NCBI GenBank assembly: GCA_964475165.1
Contig: CAYYVN010000007.1
Coordinates: 44,178-108,177 of the forward strand
DNA: 64,000 nt
Source: an uncultured Verrucomicrobiota bacterium
GTDB taxonomy: Bacteria; Verrucomicrobiota; Kiritimatiellia; JAAZAB01
Direction: 5' to 3'
Every line of letters begins with the position of its first letter. Position 1 is the first letter of the stretch. A program made the position numbers and the translations under genes. The notes under the pieces were generated by a model, which was not told the DNA's origin, made no database searches, and was given only the letters and a program-made list of their open reading frames with translations. Below, piece by piece: positions 60,622 through 64,000 of the stretch.

Positions 60622-60703
60622 AAAGGAAGAAAACTAGCCGCATTTTTTAATGCACCAAGCGCTCCCGACTCAGAGCAGGAATGAGTCGGGAGCGCTTTTT
60701 TTA
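60622..60703 (+). ncRNA. Candidate small RNA or transcription attenuator of about 80 nt, ending in a strong Rho-independent terminator
   Basis: A 15-bp perfect stem AGCGCTCCCGACTCA / TGAGTCGGGAGCGCT (60658-60696) with a 9-nt loop, followed by T7 (60697-60703). It begins about 40 nt downstream of the promoter and ends about 27 nt upstream of the next ATG at 60730. Confidence 0.4.
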
Positions 60704-60729
60704 TACCCACCCCTCACGGAGACTCTGCC

Positions 60730-61077
60730 ATGAAAATAAGCCTTATAAAACAGATCAATCTCGCGCTGATGGCCAGCGGCCTCCTGCTCTGCTGCTCTTG
60801 TGGCGGCCAGCTGAACTCGCTCGCAGATGAAGCCGCCCAGAAATTCAATGCCAACGCTCAAACTATCAAGACGGCGGAAGATGCTCATGAGTGTCTGGAG
60901 TATTACAAGATGATGGAAATGAACTTCATCAAATTCAAGGTGAAGCATGGCTTTGAAGAGCCCTTGATGCGCTACTACGCGCAAACCTCGAATACGCTTA
61001 GCAGAATCGAGAAGGCCTTAAAGTTGCAGCCTGATTATGGCAGCTTTGAAAGGTTAATGAAGAATATCGCTGAGTAA
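60730..61077 (+). CDS. Small lipoprotein (115 aa), hypothetical
   Basis: A signal peptide with lipobox LLLCCSC, intermediate GC, and no recognisable domain. Confidence 0.45.
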   Translation: MKISLIKQINLALMASGLLLCCSCGGQLNSLADEAAQKFNANAQTIKTAEDAHECLEYYKMMEMNFIKFKVKHGFEEPLMRYYAQTSNTLSRIEKALKLQPDYGSFERLMKNIAE

Positions 61078-61080
61078 CTT

Positions 61081-61374
61081 ATGACTAATCCAACCCACAA
61101 TATTAATCTGACGGTCGGCACGGCGCGCCAACCGCACATCCTGGCCCTCGTGGCCTTGATTCTCTCTGGTCTGGCCTTCTTTACCGGCCCGATCACTTGT
61201 ATTCCCGGCATCATCTGCGGGCATGTGGCTCTGGCGGCCTGCAATAGAGATCCGCACTTATCGGGCCGCGGTATGGCTCAAGCGGCTTTGATCATTGGTT
61301 ATCTGATCTTGATGCTTTTGGTTATGGCTGGCTGCGCGATTGGACTGATCATTGCGGCGGTGGCCGCGAGCTAG
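61081..61374 (+). CDS. Small membrane protein, DUF4190-like
   Basis: 97 aa with two hydrophobic helices. ILALVALILSGLAFFTGPITCIPGIICGHVALAAC resembles the DUF4190 pattern. Confidence 0.45.
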   Translation: MTNPTHNINLTVGTARQPHILALVALILSGLAFFTGPITCIPGIICGHVALAACNRDPHLSGRGMAQAALIIGYLILMLLVMAGCAIGLIIAAVAAS

Positions 61375-61450
61375 GAGGTGAAAGCACTGAGCGGGTTGCT
61401 AACCCAAAATGATATGACATCGAAACCATGTCCGTGAAAGGAAATCAGGG

Positions 61451-61936
61451 ATGAAGAAATGTCCATTTTGTGGCGAAGAAATTTCGGATGTTGCTGTGCA
61501 ATGCAAGCATTGCGGTAACGCTCTCAACAAACCACCGCGCAAGGCCATCGTGGCCTTTTGGCTGGGACTCTTGACCAGCATCGTGTTGGTTCTCGGAGGT
61601 TGCGTGATCTATAATGTCGCCGGTTGTACGGCAGCCTTCACCGAGGACGCGGAGACATCTCGCATAGCCAGCGGTGCGGGGTGGGCTTACTGGATCGCCG
61701 TCGCTGGGATTGTGGCATCAGTGGGTATTAGGAAAATGAAACCCTGGGGCTGGATAATCCAGTCTCTCGTGGCGCTGAGCATGTGGATCATCATGATGGT
61801 GGGTTCATTTTCGGCGGAATATATGGTTGGTAACATAATCGTCGTGACCATAGCGCTGAGTCCCTTATTCATCTCGGCGCATTTGGGTCAGAAAGCAATG
61901 CAGGAAAAAAGAGCTATCTCAAGGCGGGAGGTGTAA
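61451..61936 (+). CDS. Zinc-ribbon (CxxC...CxxC) membrane protein with about 4 TM helices, hypothetical
   Basis: MKKCPFCGEEISDVAVQCKHCGN at the N-terminus, followed by four hydrophobic helices. Confidence 0.45.
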   Translation: MKKCPFCGEEISDVAVQCKHCGNALNKPPRKAIVAFWLGLLTSIVLVLGGCVIYNVAGCTAAFTEDAETSRIASGAGWAYWIAVAGIVASVGIRKMKPWGWIIQSLVALSMWIIMMVGSFSAEYMVGNIIVVTIALSPLFISAHLGQKAMQEKRAISRREV

Positions 61937-62341
61937 ATGAAGGCACTCCCAGTGATCGGAGTATTGGCCGTTCTGGCCCTAACGACCTTCGCGGCTGAAG
62001 TCAAGAAAGTGCCCATAGCCGAACTGGATAATCAGACGCTGCAGATGCAGGGATTGGTGATCAACAACATCAATTTCGCTATCAAGCGAGCGTGGCTGGG
62101 CGGCATCAAGGCCATAGCCGGATGTACGGTAAAAAATAAGTCGCAGTCTGATCTTAACTATACCGTGTATCTTGCCGCCTTCGATAAGCAGGGCACGCTC
62201 ATAGCCTGCTTTGGGCTTGAACCGGATTTTAACCTTCACGAATCCGGCGCGGTGGAGACCCTGGAAACTTCCGGCATGGTGGATGCCGGGAGCAAGATCG
62301 ACCAGGTTCTCATCAAGGTCATTGTGCAGGAAGGCACTTAA
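61937..62341 (+). CDS. Secreted hypothetical protein (134 aa)
   Basis: The signal peptide MKALPVIGVLAVLALTTFAAEV. The ATG abuts the previous stop (TAAATG). Confidence 0.4.
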   Translation: MKALPVIGVLAVLALTTFAAEVKKVPIAELDNQTLQMQGLVINNINFAIKRAWLGGIKAIAGCTVKNKSQSDLNYTVYLAAFDKQGTLIACFGLEPDFNLHESGAVETLETSGMVDAGSKIDQVLIKVIVQEGT

Positions 62342-62375
62342 GGAAAGTTAAACTTCACCAGCCTGATCCTGCCAC

Positions 62376-62405
62376 GGCGCGCGTGGGGCCGTCCCCACGC
62401 GTGCC
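62376..62405 (+). repeat. GC-rich hairpin (9-13 bp stem, 4-nt loop) 35 nt after the stop of the preceding + strand gene; no U-tract
   Basis: CGCGTGGGG ccgt CCCCACGCG at 62380-62401, with the stem extendable to 62376-62405. Confidence 0.5.
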
Positions 62406-62531
62406 CGGGATCAAAACATCCTTCCCTGACCTAAGCTGAAAGACATTGGAGTGGAAGTAATACGCCGAATTTTTGGCTGGCGGTGTTTTTTGGACGAAGT
62501 TCGAACATTTTTTGAGCAAAACTCCGAATGA

Positions 62532-62550
62532 TTGCGCGCTTCGCGCGCAA
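62532..62550. repeat. Perfect hairpin TTGCGCGC-ttc-GCGCGCAA
   Basis: An 8-bp stem and 3-nt loop, seen directly in the sequence. Confidence 0.5.
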
Positions 62551-62563
62551 AACCGAAACGCTC

Positions 62564-62612
62564 GGGCGGGCAAAAAGGAAGGGGGTTGGGGGGAAGGAAT
62601 TTTTGCCCGCCC
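62564..62612. repeat. Perfect 13-bp inverted repeat GGGCGGGCAAAAA / TTTTTGCCCGCCC enclosing a 23-nt G-rich mirror-repeat loop (GGAAGGGGGTTGGGGGGAAGGAA)
   Basis: Seen directly in the sequence. The loop has four G-tracts and so is a possible G-quadruplex. Confidence 0.5.
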
Positions 62613-62636
62613 TCGCTTTCCGCCGCCGCCGAATTT

Positions 62637-62657
62637 CGTGCCAACGAAGTTGGCGCG
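62637..62657. repeat. Hairpin CGTGCCAAC-gaa-GTTGGCGCG at the GC-to-AT composition boundary
   Basis: A 9-bp stem with one G-U pair and a 3-nt loop. It ends 5 nt from the stop of the first AT-rich ORF. Confidence 0.45.
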
Positions 62658-62661
62658 CCGC

Positions 62662-63435
62662 CTAATTTATAATCGTATTGATAATCTGGAGGATGTCGTG
62701 TTTGTGATTTTTTGACAGAATACCAAACATTTTTAACATCTCCAAAAACACTTTAATATTGCTTTTTGAAATTTCAAAATAGGCAATTTCTTTTACTTCG
62801 GCACATCGTCCGATTAAATTATTTTTTGCTTTTAATTCTGTAATTGGAAAACATAAATATAACATTGGTTGCGTGCCAACCGCATACTGCTTTTCGGTAA
62901 TTTTTATTTCGGTAACTATTTCATATCCGTTAAATTTGTAAATCAAAAGTGGATATTTAACCTGAGTATATTCAAAATCAAATCCGTTTATGTTTTTTTC
63001 AATTGGGTGGCTACGATCAATTTGCAACTCAGAATTATTATCAATCAAATTTTGGTCTTGTATTGAATTAAGATAAGCAACAACATTTTCCAATTCTTCT
63101 TTGGTAATGACATTCCATTTATAAAAATACCAGATATATTCTGATAATTCGTAAAGTGCTTTGATTTTTCCGTTTGCTCCAATAAATTCAGTTTCGGGTA
63201 GCGATGATTCCGCGAGCTTTTCCGTTTCTTTTTTAACCACATCATAGCCAATTTGCCATTCGACATAATTACTCAATAAGAAACCGTCCCTTTTAACTGC
63301 AACTGGCGTCCCATACTCATTAACGATTGATCGGTTTTTAATGCGAATCTTTCCGCTAACAGCGGTTAATAAAATTGGAATTTCAATTTTGTGTTCGTCT
63401 TTTTTAATTAAAATTTGTGGCATATTTTTTTCCAA
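62662..63435 (-). CDS. Hypothetical protein (257 aa) encoded in an AT-rich (about 30% GC) island; no recognised domain
   Basis: A long ORF in a low-GC context, K/N/I/E/Y-rich, which overlaps the upstream ORF by 32 nt. Confidence 0.45.
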   Translation of the reverse strand: MEKNMPQILIKKDEHKIEIPILLTAVSGKIRIKNRSIVNEYGTPVAVKRDGFLLSNYVEWQIGYDVVKKETEKLAESSLPETEFIGANGKIKALYELSEYIWYFYKWNVITKEELENVVAYLNSIQDQNLIDNNSELQIDRSHPIEKNINGFDFEYTQVKYPLLIYKFNGYEIVTEIKITEKQYAVGTQPMLYLCFPITELKAKNNLIGRCAEVKEIAYFEISKSNIKVFLEMLKMFGILSKNHKHDILQIINTIIN

Positions 63436-63958
63436 ATTTACTTCCCAACAACTCCCTAAAGTAGTTATCTATTTTTAGTTTGGCATCAGGAATTTCTCTA
63501 AACTTAACTTTATTTTTTAATATCGGATTTGTATGAACGCTTTGGGCGATAAAACATTCTTTTATTTTTCCGAATTTTTCATTATCAATTATTACATCAC
63601 AATTTCCAATGAAATATGGCATTCTATCCGTATATTGTTTAAAAATATCAATGTAGCAATAATAAGGCAGTTTTTCCATTAACACATAAACAGTATTGTA
63701 AGAATCCTCATCAATAAAAGTTCTGTTTCGTTTAAGAGCATTTATATCCCTCAATGTCCAAAACTTTGCTACCGGCTTGTCATTTTTATTTAAAAATTTT
63801 TTATTTGGATATTTTTGGACGTAGTTGACTATCGTATCAAAATCTTTTAAACGAAAGACGCCATCATCCTTTACCTTAAACTGATAATTTTGAATATAAT
63901 TATAATCCATTCCTACTTCATCCCTTTTATAAAGGGCGATCAAAATCGGAAAGGCCAT
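63404..63958 (-). CDS. Hypothetical protein (184 aa) in the AT-rich island; upstream partner of the 257-aa ORF
   Basis: The ORF carries an ATG start and has the same atypical composition. The island continues past the window edge. Confidence 0.4.
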   Translation of the reverse strand: MAFPILIALYKRDEVGMDYNYIQNYQFKVKDDGVFRLKDFDTIVNYVQKYPNKKFLNKNDKPVAKFWTLRDINALKRNRTFIDEDSYNTVYVLMEKLPYYCYIDIFKQYTDRMPYFIGNCDVIIDNEKFGKIKECFIAQSVHTNPILKNKVKFREIPDAKLKIDNYFRELLGSKFGKKYATNFN

Positions 63959-64000
63959 TCCGCGAGAAGTATCAGAAAATTCATGACTGCTTATGATTAT

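Overview
This window is a high-GC (about 60%) bacterial chromosomal segment, densely coded on both strands. The giant FG-GAP/TSP3/LamG surface protein and a DUF1844-like small protein loosely suggest a PVC-superphylum-like organism (Verrucomicrobia, Lentisphaerae or Kiritimatiellota type), but this is an inference from composition and protein families, not a search result. The housekeeping backbone is recognisable from the translations: mreB (5' partial), glmM, glyQS, dapF, HU, hisI, lgt, an RluD-type pseudouridine synthase, mazG, thiC, the conserved nusA-infB-rbfA-truB-ribF-rpsO-pnp cluster, tRNA-Gly(GCC), rnc, xerD, a marR-tolC-MFP-RND efflux operon, ilvD, icd plus an aconitase, and lemA plus an M48 peptidase. 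The accessory or unusual content, in the order I would follow up, is: (1) a roughly 1,200-aa Dna2-like protein fusing a Cas4-type Fe-S PD-(D/E)xK nuclease to an SF1B helicase, with its own near-consensus promoter; (2) an MscS mechanosensitive channel with a C-terminal ParB/sulfiredoxin-like domain; (3) a near-consensus promoter followed about 40 nt later by a very strong intrinsic terminator, consistent with a small RNA or attenuator, upstream of a cluster of small lipoprotein and membrane genes of intermediate GC; (4) an abrupt switch to an AT-rich (about 30% GC) block at the 3' end, with two overlapping unknown ORFs, preceded by a 300-bp non-coding stretch of GC-rich hairpins, a G-rich mirror-repeat loop and a 10-bp direct repeat; (5) a 2,633-aa secreted protein with beta-sandwich, TSP3-like Ca-binding, LamG and FG-GAP propeller repeats; (6) an amino-sugar cluster (NahK-like kinase, stand-alone GlmU-acetyltransferase-like LbH protein, glmM, ROK/BadF kinase). 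No CRISPR array, no rRNA and no clear transposase were seen. The ORF track contains many long antisense ORFs, which I judge to be high-GC artefacts.
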